Positions 1 through 11,792 of a stretch of DNA of 64,000 nt are shown here, in pieces. Every line of letters begins with the position of its first letter. Position 1 is the first letter of the stretch. The translations under genes and the position numbers were made by a program. The DNA comes from Selaginella moellendorffii (taxonomy: Eukaryota; Plantae; Lycopodiophyta). The DNA is taken from the NCBI RefSeq assembly GCF_000143415.4, contig NW_003314311.1, forward strand, positions 664,181 to 728,180, given 5' to 3'. Below the pieces are notes generated by a model. That model worked only from the letters and a program-made list of their open reading frames with translations. It had not been told where the DNA came from and searched no databases.

Positions 1-876
1 ATTGGTGATTTTGTTCCTTGGCTGGGATGGATGGACACGCAGGTTGCAAAGATCGAGGAAGTCCAGCACAGGATCGACCTGTTCTTGCAAAAGGAGATTG
101 ACACTCATCGCAAGAACTTTGGTGGCCAGCCGAAGGACTTTATCGACTTGATGATGTCCACGGGGGAGTTGACGGACGCTTCGCTTAAGGCAGTTTCGCT
201 GGTACGTTGTAGTAAAGCTGTATGAAAATCTTTCTATGGACGGGAAAGTTGACGTGAAACTTTGCTGTGTGTTTAAGGACATGATCGCGGCTGGAACGGA
301 CACTTCGGCTGTTCTGATAGAGTGGGCGATGGCGGAGCTAATCAAGAACCCAGAATTCATGGACAAGGCTCGCAAGGAACTCAAGCAAGTGATTGGCGAT
401 GGAAAGCTCATGGAAGACGAGGATATTTCCAGGCTCGAGTTCTTGCAAGCAATCGTCAAAGAGACTTTCCGGCTCCATCCGCCAGTTCCACTCTTGCTCC
501 CTCATGAATCGATCGAGAGTTTTAGAGCTGGAGGATACACGTTCCCTGCCAGAACAAGGATCTTGATCAATGCCTACGCGATCGGGCGTGACAAATCCAC
601 ATGGAGGGATGCATCCAGGTTTGATCCGGATAGATTTCTGGGGAGCTGTGTGGATGTCAAGGGCCAGCACTTTGAGCTCTTGCCATTTGGAGCCGGGAGG
701 AGGGGTTGCCCGGGGATTCATCTCGGTTTGACCACCGTTTACTACATTCTGGGCAATTTGGTTCATGCGTTTGACTGGATATGTCCGAGGTGTTTGGTTT
801 GACCGTGCCCAGGGCTTGTCCGCTCAAAGTTTTTCCGGTTGCAAGACCACCAACAAAAGCACTCAACATACATTAA
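1..876 (+). pseudogene. Cytochrome P450 (CYP71 clan), 3' part, with a frameshift near the C-terminus
   Basis: Exon to 201, GT-AG intron 202-277, exon from 278. Motifs AAGTDTS (I-helix), ETFR (ExxR), FDPDRF and FGAGRRGCPG (heme). After FDW the typical tail DMSEVFGLTVPRACPL is in another frame (778-876). The 5' end is outside the window. Confidence 0.85.
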
Positions 877-1160
877 TTCCTAAAAATGTCAGAAATATAA
901 AGATTATTCACTAAAAACCCTAAGCAAAACTTTAATTAATATCATTAAGTTCACTGGATCAATTGATTAAATTAACTCACTTTACTTTTTAATGCATATT
1001 CTTCTCATTTTACTTTGATTAACTAATGTCCAAAACAACTATGTAATTCTCCAAAATCAAATTTTCGGTATATAGTTCCACCTTACCGATTTGCTCTCCT
1101 AACTTTGCTCCACATGCGCTTTGATTTTTTAGGGCGACCAAGTCGATCGATCACCCACCA

Positions 1161-2822
1161 ATGCATGCCCTGAAAATGCCATGGTTCCGCCTTCTAGGCC
1201 TCGTCCTCTCGCTCACTCTCGCCTTGCACTTCCTCCTCAAAGCCCAGCAATCGCCCAATCCATTCTTCTCCAGCTTCATCCTCTTAAATCACACGCTTCC
1301 TCCTCGCAGCAGCGACGAGAACGAGCAAGGCCTCCTCCCAGAAGTGTGGAAGCAAAAGGATGATCGCGGCCGCCAGTGCCTCAGCCGGTTCCAATACCAG
1401 TCGTATCGCCGCCACCCCTCCAGCCCCTCCCGCCCGTCCGATAGCCTCATCCAACGGCTCCGGGAGTACGAGGAGCTCCACGCTCGCTGCGCTGGAGAGG
1501 CCGACAAGTCACCACCGTCGCCGTCGGATCCCCCGTGCCAGTTCGTCGTGGCCGTCGGATACATGGGCCTCGGCAACAAGATGATCTCGCTCGTCGCGAC
1601 CTTCATCTACGCGCTGCTCACGAACCGAGTTCTTCTCATCGCCGCCGCCGAAAACATGGATCGCCTCTTCTGCGAGCCGTTTCCTCAAAGTTCCTGGCTC
1701 CTCCCAAAGTCGAAGATGGATCTCCTGTACTCACTGAATGATTCTTTCCGGTTTGGCAGCGTTGTCAAGGCGTTTGGATCCGGAGAGTGCAACACCAGCG
1801 GCGTCAAGTACCCCGGAACCGTGCTCGTCCGGATCACCCACGAGTATGATCGCGACGACACCAAGTTCTTCTGCGAGGAGCAGCAGGACGTGATCCGGAG
1901 CCAAGTTCCCTGGGTGTTTGTCCGATCGAACGTCTTCTACGTCCCCAGCCTCTACTACGTTCCATCGTTCAAGTCGGAGATGGAGCGGCTCTTCCCCGGC
2001 GAGGACGCCATCTTTCATCATGCCACGAGGTACTTGCTCCACCCCTCAAACTCCGTCTGGAAGAGGACCACCCGGTTCTACGATTCTTACTTGGCGCACG
2101 CCGAGACGCTGGTTGGGATCCAGATGAGAGCGCCGCCTGGATTTGAGGGCGTCCGCAAGAACTACGCGAGAGAAGTTCTCCAGTGCGCTGTGGAGAACCG
2201 AGTTCTTCCAAACGTCACGCAGGAGGAGCCGGAGATCCTGGGAGAAACCAGCGAGATCAATCACAAAAACATCACTTTGGAGGATCAATCGCAAGCACTC
2301 ACCTCAAAGAAGAGCTCCAATTCTTCTTCTTCTTCCGGCAGATCCATTGCCGTGCTGGTCACTTCGCTCAACCAAGCTCACCTCGAAGCGTTGCGAGCAA
2401 CGTACTTAAACGCTGCCACCGAGGGAGGGATTCGAGTTAGCATCCATCAGCCAAGCCACGAAGAACATCAAAAAACCGGAGAAACTCACCACGATGAGAA
2501 GGCCTTGATGGAGATCTTTCTTCTCTCGCTGGCTGACACTCTCATCACCAGCCCTCTGTCGACGTTTGGCTACGCCGCGCAAGGATTGGCGCACCTCCGG
2601 CCCTGGCTCATGTGGATCCAACCCAATCCCGAGCACCCGGTGTGTACCAGGGTGTTCGCGTCGGATCCGTGCTTCCTAAACTTCGAGCCGTATAGCTGCG
2701 ATTGCAATCGGACTAGAGAGGAGACGACGCTGGAGAATCTCATCCGGCACTGCGAGGAGGACGAGCCGAATCGAAGATGGGTGAAGATCGATAGCCGGAA
2801 AGAGAGAAACGCGAGCGACTAG
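1161..2822 (+). CDS. Xyloglucan/AGP alpha-1,2-fucosyltransferase (GT37, FUT1/MUR2 family), intronless
   Basis: 553-aa ORF with N-terminal TM segment and GT37 motifs GLGNKMISL, YALLTNRVLL, LFCEPFP, YLLHPSNSVW, VGIQMR, HQPSHEE and TSPLSTFGYAAQGL. Confidence 0.93.
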   Translation: MHALKMPWFRLLGLVLSLTLALHFLLKAQQSPNPFFSSFILLNHTLPPRSSDENEQGLLPEVWKQKDDRGRQCLSRFQYQSYRRHPSSPSRPSDSLIQRLREYEELHARCAGEADKSPPSPSDPPCQFVVAVGYMGLGNKMISLVATFIYALLTNRVLLIAAAENMDRLFCEPFPQSSWLLPKSKMDLLYSLNDSFRFGSVVKAFGSGECNTSGVKYPGTVLVRITHEYDRDDTKFFCEEQQDVIRSQVPWVFVRSNVFYVPSLYYVPSFKSEMERLFPGEDAIFHHATRYLLHPSNSVWKRTTRFYDSYLAHAETLVGIQMRAPPGFEGVRKNYAREVLQCAVENRVLPNVTQEEPEILGETSEINHKNITLEDQSQALTSKKSSNSSSSSGRSIAVLVTSLNQAHLEALRATYLNAATEGGIRVSIHQPSHEEHQKTGETHHDEKALMEIFLLSLADTLITSPLSTFGYAAQGLAHLRPWLMWIQPNPEHPVCTRVFASDPCFLNFEPYSCDCNRTREETTLENLIRHCEEDEPNRRWVKIDSRKERNASD

Positions 2823-2919
2823 CTAGAGATTCTTTTGGTGGATTCACCTAAGAAGATTTTGCGGCTCCTCTGCCCTGATTTTAGGGCTCTTCACACATCA
2901 TAGCCAATGTCTGAAATGT

Positions 2920-2949
2920 GGCGGGAAAATTCTAGAACTGGCGGGAAAA
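2920..2949 (-). promoter_or_regulatory. Two E2F sites (TTTTCCCGCC) upstream of RIF1
   Basis: GGCGGGAAAA occurs at 2920 and 2940, 20 bp apart. The reverse complement matches the E2F consensus TTTSSCGC, and both lie just upstream of the ATG at 3000. Confidence 0.6.
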
Positions 2950-2999
2950 TGGAGAATGATGCTAGGTTTTAAGCGCTTGTGCTTGTGGCGTCTTCGCGG

Positions 3000-5900
3000 A
3001 TGAAGATGTCCATCCAGGAGTTTGCGGCGAGCTCGGATGATGAGCGCATTCGCCAGTATCAAGCGCTTCAGTGCTCGCCGCCGCAAGGGGATGCGGATGA
3101 TTGGGGGTTCTTCTTCGAGCAGGCGTGCTTGGATGCAAGCTCTCGAAATTCTCTCTTGTAAGTGTTTTATTTTGTTCTTCATTTGTGTGTGTGAATCGTG
3201 GGAGTTTGCGGCGCGCAGGGCATCAAGCGCATTGAGGTGCCTGGGTTTCTTCATTAGCAACTGGAGCTATGTGGAAAAACTTCCAGGTACCCTTCGCCAT
3301 CCTTCTTTGTTTTAACTCTTTTTCTCTTGCCAAAACCTTAGACGATCTGGCCTCTACAATTCTGCTAACTTTCGTGAAGATCGCTACTGGCAGCAGCGAG
3401 AAGGTTCATACACATTTTTTTCATTTCATGGCCTCGTTTTTTTTAGTTTTTTTCTCTGACCAAGCTGCTTCCTTCTGTGTAGTTGCAACTTAAACTTAGC
3501 ATGTGGTGCGTTTCAGTCCAGCAATTCAAGGCTAGTATCATCGAGAATCACTTTGAAAACCTCATCAACGCTGTAGTGTGTGCGGTCAACAACCATTTGG
3601 GTTCGCTTTCCGTGATCTTCGAGGCTCTACAGGTATGGCAAAAGTTTCATTTTAATTCTGTAACATTTTAGTTTCAGGCTCTTCGTTTCGTCGTTTTCAT
3701 AGCACCAGCTAAAGCACGAGCGCATGCACACGTCTGGGCACCACCACTTTATACGAGGCTCGTTAGTATGGACAAAGCCGAGAGATGCATGGTTTCTCAT
3801 GCCTTGGACGAGCTTCTAGTGTACATTCGGCCTTGCTCACTTTTGTTCTTAGAGGTACTCAGTTTGGTAGTGTTCCTTGCCTGACTTTGAAATTGTGAAT
3901 TTGAAAAAGGTTTGTGCCAACGATATACGCACTATGTTGCTGGCAAAGCTGATGAAAATGGTAGCCGCCGGTGGTCAAGTTGCTCCAGCAGCCATCAGCG
4001 CTTGGAAAATGTTTATCACATTGCTCGGTAGCCATCTTATCAGCAATAAGTCACTAGCAAATGAGCTGATCAAAGTTCCGGTGCTCGCATTCACGAAGAA
4101 CGAGGTTCAGGCCAGGATTGCAACTTATGTGCGTATGTCGATGTATGTCTGTGTTTTTCTAATACTTTTCCTCGTTGTCAGGACGCTTGGGAATCGTTTA
4201 TTGATGCAGTTATACCGCCTGACGACGCTCAGCCGAAGCGCCTCAAGCTCCTGTTGACGCCTATTCTATCTGCTATCAAGAGCGAGCGTGTTCTATCAGT
4301 CAAGTCCCGATATTGCAAGACATGGATACATATCCTGGAAGTGCTCGGTACGCGTTTGAACGATCCTCGAAACTTCAAGCACAGCGTTGTTCCAGTCATT
4401 CAAGCTGTCGTAAATGTCGACCCGGTGCGAGATCCGTGGGTTTGGCGAAACTGCATTGCACTGGTGGAAACGTATGCTTCGACGAACTTATCATCGACAC
4501 CAGACTTCACTCGACTTACGTTTGCAACGTCCGATATCCAAGGAGACCAGCCTCTGTTAGGAGAAGCAACGAAGTTGAAGCTCGAGCCATGGACTCTCAA
4601 AGGTGTTGAAGTTCTTCAAGAGGTAATGAGGCTTTTCTGGGACTGTGGAATGAAGAGCCTGGAGGAAAAGAGAGACTGGAGCCTGGCTGCTGCCGCCAGG
4701 CTATGGTACATCATCGTGAAGACCATGGTGGCGGCTCAACACAGTCCTGAGCAGCGAGACGCTGTACATTGGCTCCTGGGATTCGCCGTCGGGCTTTGCA
4801 ACGAGGAAAACTCTCCGAGCATTTGGAAGACTTGGGCATGGAACTTCTTTAGAGTTCTTATCGACGAGCTCGGACCCATGGTTTTAGCATCGTCCTTCTA
4901 CAGAACTCCATGGCAGCGCTCTCGTACTTTATTATCTTGGACGGAGCATACGACTGTGCTGGTACGTCCGGTTGTGCACATGCTGGCTGCCTGGATGGAC
5001 ATGCTTCTCCGGGAACAAGTAGAGACGCCAGAAGAGTCTATTCTTCACGGGACTGAAACGCTTCTCTGTGCTTTAAGAGCACCTTTCGACGTCCTTGGAA
5101 GTGTTCAAGAACAGGTGGCCTGCTTAAGTCTGCTGTATTCAGCAGCTGGCGGTAAAAAACCGAAGATGGCGAGCGCGTTCCTTCTGCAATGGTGGAACTC
5201 GGTAGCAGAGCAGCTGCTAAACTACGTCGATGAAACTAGTGATATTGGTGGTGAAGGGGAAACTGGTTGTATATGCGACGCCCTTCTTTTCCCCGTGAAG
5301 TGCTTTTTCCAACCCGGAGGAAGAGAACTCAGCTCTACGAGAACACTTTGGATCCAGCTTTATGAAGCAACTTGGAGAGTTTCGTCGTTGAAAAATCGCA
5401 GCTTCCTGCAAGAGCTTTATCGACGGCTGGTTAAGCTTATTGACGAACAAATCTCAAGTGGTCTAAGGTTGACAGGTCTCACCGAATTTCTCGAGCTTGC
5501 GGGATTTGGTGTTAGTCATGCCCTCAGACAAGCAGACGTCCACAAATCCAAGACCGGGAAAAGGAGAAGCTTTAATGTTGCTGATGGAGAAATGCGGGAT
5601 GTTATCACTGTCGCAAACAGGTATGGTTTTATGCAACTTCGCATGCGGACTAACTTTCATCTTTTGCTGTTAATGCTTCAGGGTGCTGATGTTGGCAGGA
5701 ACGGAGTGTCGCTCTACGATTAAAATCATAACAAGGTTAAGCTACTTCTAGTTCTTGATTCTTATGAGCTAAAGCTTGTCACAGGGTCCTGGAAGCACTG
5801 GCATTTTATAGCAAACGAGTCAGCAGTCAGCACAACGCCTTACGACTTCTACACGTAAGAGATTTTTCAGTCGAATAGAAAAAAAAGAAGAAGACCAACT

Positions 5901-6928
5901 CATTTCCCATTTTGAACGCACAGGTTCTCGAGAAGCCTTTGAACTTGTTACTGAGCGCCGACAAGAGCTTTCCTGCATCGTTGCTGGAAAAGCTTCATCA
6001 GTTGTGGGACGGCCTACTCTCCTGTCTTCAAAGGTGTCAGCCCGAGATGGTCTTCGACTCCGACCTTCTCTTTCTCCAGGCATCGAGCTTGGCCTGTGCA
6101 TTGGAGCATCCGTATGATCCAATCTCGAACAGGACTCTGGCATTCTGGGAAGAGACTTACGCCAGGACGCCAGCCTTGAGCTATCCCAGCAGCCTTCTTC
6201 CATCACTAGCGAAGCTCAAAAGTCAGGTGGCGATCACTTTACCAGGACTAGTTGCGTCAGACCTCGAGCCATACACAACGCAAATCATGCCTGGTAGTCT
6301 GGACGCGCAGAGTATGGAGAACAGAACACCTGAGGCCACGCCACTCAAAAAAGTTTTCTCGGCAGCAGCAACAGGTGGACAAGTACTAGCCACTGACGAG
6401 ATCCCGAGAAAGAAAGTCCGGCTCAGCAATGCGGGACGAATGGAGATGGAAGATAAAAGCAGCGGCTACGTGGTTATCCCAAGCCAGCCTCAGAAGGAAC
6501 TCGCTCTCACGGATCACCAGAAGGAAGTCCGGAAGCTCCAGAGGGAACAGGGAGCCGGAGTGAAGACTTACACCACCGTCGACTTCAGCCAGGCCGATTT
6601 CGATACTCCAGCGGACTCCCTCGACGTTGATGTCCTGGACAACGCTGTTGTGGACGAAGCACTCAAGCTCGCCGGGGATTTCACGGGTCCACACTCTCTG
6701 GAGCTTGCTCCAAGGAACCTCAAGGCTCAAAGAATTTACACGTCTCATGGAGGAGCCCAAGCGTTTGAGCGAGAAGAGGAGTCCTCGGGCGAGATTGGCG
6801 TGCTTGAGATGCTGTTGACGTGCTCTTGGGAGAAGTTTGATAAGGAGGATCTCAAACGTTCCAAGGCATTGCTAGAGCTTTTGCAAAGCAAAGTAGATCA
6901 AGCTTTGCTCTCAAGATGTCTTCAGTAA
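3000..6928 (+). CDS. RIF1: Telomere-associated/replication-timing protein RIF1 homolog, multi-exon
   Basis: Helical N-terminal exons resemble plant Rif1_N (SALRCLGF, WCVSVQQF, HFENLINAVVCAVNNHLGSLSVIFEALQ). The last exon has YVVIP...LTDHQKEV...TYTTVDFSQ, resembling a conserved animal RIF1 block. The start codon is approximate. Confidence 0.75.
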
Positions 6929-7044
6929 TAAAGCAATTTGAGGCCGAGTAAATTTTATTTAAAAAACAAATAAAGGAAAAAAGGACCAAAAGTAGTTAAA
7001 AAGGTTAAAGAAAAGATTGCAAAGTATATTATAAAGGCCTAAAG

Positions 7045-8016
7045 TTATTTTGAGAAATAGGTAACATATGAAAGAATCTCATGTTTTAGATCTAAATTAT
7101 CAAGAAACAAAAACAAAAACCCACAATGTAAAATAGGAAACGAAATTTTAAATAATACATCCTTGATGGTTATATGTATTAGTTGCCCACCAAATTTTGT
7201 TTTATAAGATACTAAATTACAATCATTTTGTAATGTAAGGTAAGTAAATAAATAGCAATGAGGGTTAGCTTTACAAAATTTGTTAATGGACCACATCACT
7301 AATTTTTCGTTATTATATAAAACAAGATTACCATCTTTCTGAAGTACTAAAAAACATAAACCATAATATTCTTTTATATTTTGTGATCTCCATAAAAGAT
7401 TTTTTCCAGAATAAATAGAAATTTTACAATTTGATTCTACTAATAAAATGTTTTTGCCATTCCGAGATTGTATAAATTGACCTGTATATAGTATATGATT
7501 TTCAAATGCAGAGTTTAAAGTGGTTATACTATTATCACAATTTTCAGTTTTATAATATTTTCTCAATGAAAAGAAAAATGTCATTATATTATTAATGCCA
7601 AAAGAGGAGAAAGAGTACTGAATTTGAAAATTTTGATTAGTAACTTTACATGAATTAGCACGTGCATTTCTTATATCTTTTGAATAATCAATAAGTAATC
7701 TTGTTAATCCATGATGTACTGTACGACCAATTACTAACTCATTAGTTTTTGGAAAGCATAATGATGGTATTCTTTGAAGTTGTATATTAACAACTCCCAT
7801 TTGATGGTTTAATTCCCAGTTTTTTGTATAATCTTGGGGATATTTATTGTTTTGACCAATTGTAGATATAAGAAAATCTATATTATCTACAATCATTCCA
7901 GTTACTTCTTCAGTTAAACTATTATTTCTAATAAACTCAATGTTTGATTTAGTATAAACTAATTTTGAAGTTAAAATAATTATATAGGAGAGAAATATAA
8001 ATTTAAAATATGACAT
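7045..8016 (-). CDS. Putative secreted lectin: signal peptide + degenerate Gnk2/DUF26-like domain + bulb-type (GNA) mannose-binding lectin domain
   Basis: 323-aa open frame in very AT-rich DNA with a hydrophobic N-terminus. Two intact QxDxNxVxY motifs (QKDGNLVLY, QNDCNLVSY). The N-terminal half aligns by eye to ginkbilobin-2. Confidence 0.6.
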   Translation of the reverse strand: MSYFKFIFLSYIIILTSKLVYTKSNIEFIRNNSLTEEVTGMIVDNIDFLISTIGQNNKYPQDYTKNWELNHQMGVVNIQLQRIPSLCFPKTNELVIGRTVHHGLTRLLIDYSKDIRNARANSCKVTNQNFQIQYSFSSFGINNIMTFFFSLRKYYKTENCDNSITTLNSAFENHILYTGQFIQSRNGKNILLVESNCKISIYSGKNLLWRSQNIKEYYGLCFLVLQKDGNLVLYNNEKLVMWSINKFCKANPHCYLFTYLTLQNDCNLVSYKTKFGGQLIHITIKDVLFKISFPILHCGFLFLFLDNLDLKHEILSYVTYFSK

Positions 8017-9289
8017 TACTCAAGAAATTTAATTTTTAATTAAATAATATTTACTTGTCTAAGTCTATAATATTTACAATTATCTTATTTTTTCGGTAGA
8101 ATTCTTAATTCACATAAATTAAACATTTGACCTATTATCTATGTAAAACGAACAAATGCAAAGCTTTAGAATATACTTTTAAAATACATTAATTAATATA
8201 TTTATAAACTACATTTAAAGTTATTTTATTTATTAACGGAGTATTTTCATTAAAATATAGATTATTATTTTGGAAAGTAAAGTAAAAAATTCTTTTTAAA
8301 AAAGTTTAATTTAAACTTTTCTATTGCTAATATGACCCTTTAGGGTTTATAGTTAAAGTTTTAGGCAATTGAGAGCTCGTCCTCCACGGGCTTTCTTTGA
8401 GAAAATGCAAGTGTGTGTCAAGAGCGACCTGGAAATCGCGCTGTCTTGTTTTGTAGAGGACCGGCAGCTACACAAGCATTGGAAGCTAAGAACCAGAATA
8501 GAATGCCAACAGCGAGGACACAGCTTTGGAGCGGTGTGGAGGCCAAAGTCGAGCAAATCACAGAGGCTCATGAAAAACAATATGTTTCGTAAACGATGTC
8601 CCTTTGTTCTCATAAATATGTAAACTCGGCTAAGACGCTTGGTGACTGCCGAGAAGAATAGCGTGTACAAGCAGGGAACAAGGATCTGTGGCTCAGAAGA
8701 TGCGGCTTTGGAAAGGATGCTTTTGAAAACTCGCAAGGAGAACTTACGATCGTGTAATCAGTTTTTTCGTTCAGCCGCTTGTATAGACATAGGGCTTTTT
8801 CTTTCTTGCAGGCGATGCTTGAGATGAAACGCCATGAGGTTAGCCAAGAAAGAACAGCCACCGATTGAAGTTCTCGTATGTTTTTATCCAGATAAACAAG
8901 CTGGAACAGGCTTGCGAAGTACGAGGAAGTTCAGTCGAAGTACAACTGCTTGTTCCGTCCTGTGGCTGATCAAGTCTATGGCGATCCTGAAATTTTTGGC
9001 GAGATGAGGCCGAATGTAATGAACTGTGAAAAACTGTTTAGTATTCCGTGACCTTACAACTCCCCCTCCAGACAACGAGACAACTCAAGAAGAAAACTTG
9101 AGATCTCCACCGCTTGTAAGCGACATGATCATCCCGGACAGTGGAGGATGAGATTCCAAGAGAAGAGATTTCCTGTAAGAGAAAATAGCAAACGTCAGCT
9201 GATCGTCGAAAGCATCACACTCAGAATCAGAAGGCTTTATATGTCGTCCTTGTCATGACCGACTTGTGGTGGAGCGTCTCGTTACCAGG

Positions 9290-10490
9290 TTGCCGTTCCA
9301 GGAGAGCATTTTTTTCCTTCATTTTCTTGAGTGGCTTATGCGTATCTCCTGATGGTAGTCACCTTGCATTCGTTCTTTCGGGGATGGACAAGGTACTCCT
9401 TTCTACTTGGTTTATCGCGTAATGAAAGCAAATCTCTCACAGGAGGAGTGAACTGAGACTTTGAATTGCGAGCATGCAAACGCCAGAGAGCTTATTGGAC
9501 CTCCAGACTACTGCCTTAATTCCGTATTCGATTCGTAAGCACCTATGTGATGTCACGCCGCCATGTCCCAACAAGGTTATCAACGAGGAAAATCGGGATG
9601 TACCAGGAGCAAGCATATGACGAAGACGTTTCGATTATTATGCTACCAGCGAGCTCCTCCTCGTGACCGTCATCTGCTGGTACCTTTTCAGTCCGATTTC
9701 CCAAGGTGTGGACGAGATCAGGACGACTTGTACGAGAAGTCGCTGACTTGCCGCTCGCATAGATATGATATACCAATAGCTCATGACAGCGTTCGTCAAG
9801 GTCATCCCCTGTTGGTAAGAAAAGAATGTTTTTTTTTCTGTCTTCCTCATTATATGTATATATGTGTTCTACAGGGTGGAAGTGGAGACATAGTGTACAC
9901 ACTTCGTGATAGATTCTAGTGAAGCATAGTAACCGGAGATTCTTCAGAAACTTGATCTTCGCTACGGGTACGTATTGTGTTGCTAAAGTCGAGTCGTTTG
10001 TGATGTGTGTTCTTGGCTGGCGTGCTGTTCGATAGATCGTCGGAAGATGTCTACTCAGACCCCAGCTCTCTGGTGTTGCGCAGAACCTCGTTTGGGACTT
10101 ACGTTCTGGCTCAAGTAAAGACGAGTGATGGTAACAGGAATCTACTGCTTGATGGCAACGGGCAACTCCGGAAGGAAAGATACCGTTCCTTGGTCTTCTC
10201 AACATGTAAGCTCGGATGCCTCACTTCACTCGCTGTTGATTTCGCAAACTCTTTCCTTGCAGTGCGGATTTGGCAAAGCCAGAAGGACAAGTACTCTCGA
10301 CGTGGACAAGCTGCGAATGCTAGCCTCCACTGTACTTTCTTTTGTTTTGGCCCGATAAGAATGCTGTTCACGTCACAAACTTTCCGCATCCTTACCCGCA
10401 GCTTGTCAGCCTCCAGAAATTCGATATCCTGCTCTGATGGTGTGCAGCTAACAGCAACGCTCTACTTACCACCCCCAATCCTGGTGCGTA
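9290..10490 (+). pseudogene. Fragmented pseudogene of chloroplast glutamyl endopeptidase (S9 peptidase, CGEP-like)
   Basis: Blocks DEDVFDYYATSEL, DIVYTL, LFDRSSEDVYSDPSSLVLRRTSFGTYV, RIWQSQKDKY, TNFPHPYPQL and DGVQLTATLYLPP lie in different frames with stops and deletions. The catalytic C-terminal part is not seen. Confidence 0.75.
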
Positions 10491-10659
10491 AGCCACACTC
10501 ATAATGTTGACCTCTACAGTCCACAACAAGGTTGGAGCAGGAACCTTCCGGATTGAGAGCGTGTTGCTCTCCAACTAACTTCTCTGTGAAATCCACAAGG
10601 CTGAAGCTGTCAAGTAGTCCTCCTTGTTTTCAACACACTCGCATTAAGATGTATCTCGC

Positions 10660-11570
10660 CGTCAGTTCTCCGCCTTTCCCTTCGTCCTCAAAATGCTCGT
10701 CACGGCTTTCTTCCCGTGCCTGACATCGTTCCGGCCTCTACAAGCCCCCAGCAAGGACTTCCACTCGACACCATCCGCCGCAGACAATGCCGGATCCCAC
10801 AGACATAGCTCATATATCCTGCAGCTTACTCCGCTGCCAGACCACCTTGGGGAACGGTGCCGATAGCCAGACGTGCATTCAGGACGGCAAGTGCTTGTTC
10901 CCGGCTCACTTTCTGCACACCCTCGCACAGCTTCTCAACGTCCCAAAAAGCACTCTCCGCCAACCAGCTTACAAGCAGCCACAGATCTTCAGCTTCACAC
11001 TTTGGCACTGCATACCTTTCCCGACAGACTGCATCCAGGACCCGAGACTTCTGCCTGTCTTGAAGAATAACGCGGCTGTCACGCCCTCGACCCCTCCACA
11101 TCTTGCAGTGCTGCTCCAAGGCAACAAGCCATATCCCCTGCATGCCTTTTGACCTTCAGGGCAGTTCTTTTCCACCAAGCTTGCAAAGTGTGGGAGCATG
11201 GAGAGAGCTCGTCGAAGATAGAGTTTCGAAACGTTGTGTCGTGCAAGCCTCCCACTCCTCCGCAGAATGCCATCACCCCTAACTTGGAAGTTGCAGTAGA
11301 AAACGAACACGCCCTCTTGCTTTAGCTCAGTAACACTCCCCTTGACTGGACAATCAGAAAGCCGTTCATATACTTCGGCTTTGTCTGAGGTGCTCTGAAT
11401 GGAGCTTTCGTACTCCTTCGTCGAATTGGTGCAAAAGGTGGTCCAAGGTTGGCAACTCCTTCGTACTTCACACTCCAGGCAGAGTTGAGGCCGATCATTG
11501 CGTCCCATTTAGAAGTGTCTCCACATTCAGCAACAGAATGTGGAAAGCTCTCCAGTCGCATTGCGTCATT
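10660..11570 (-). pseudogene. Frameshifted coding-like region of unknown family
   Basis: Overlapping minus-strand ORFs (10969-11508, 10826-11143) read like protein but switch frame. No family recognised. Confidence 0.3.
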
Positions 11571-11792
11571 CTCCTGAAATTTCCTCTTTTTCTCTCAAAG
11601 AAGGTAGTTACCTTCTTTGATCAAGTTTTTGCTTGTGTTAGGGCTATTTATTGCATATGGTTGCATCTCTTGAAACTTTCACTTTTTGTTAAATTGCCAT
11701 AATTCAGCATATTAGAACAACATTTTTACCTAAACACTAACCCTAAGCCTTGAATTCAAATTTAATTAGAGAGAAAAATAGAGAGAAAGCAG

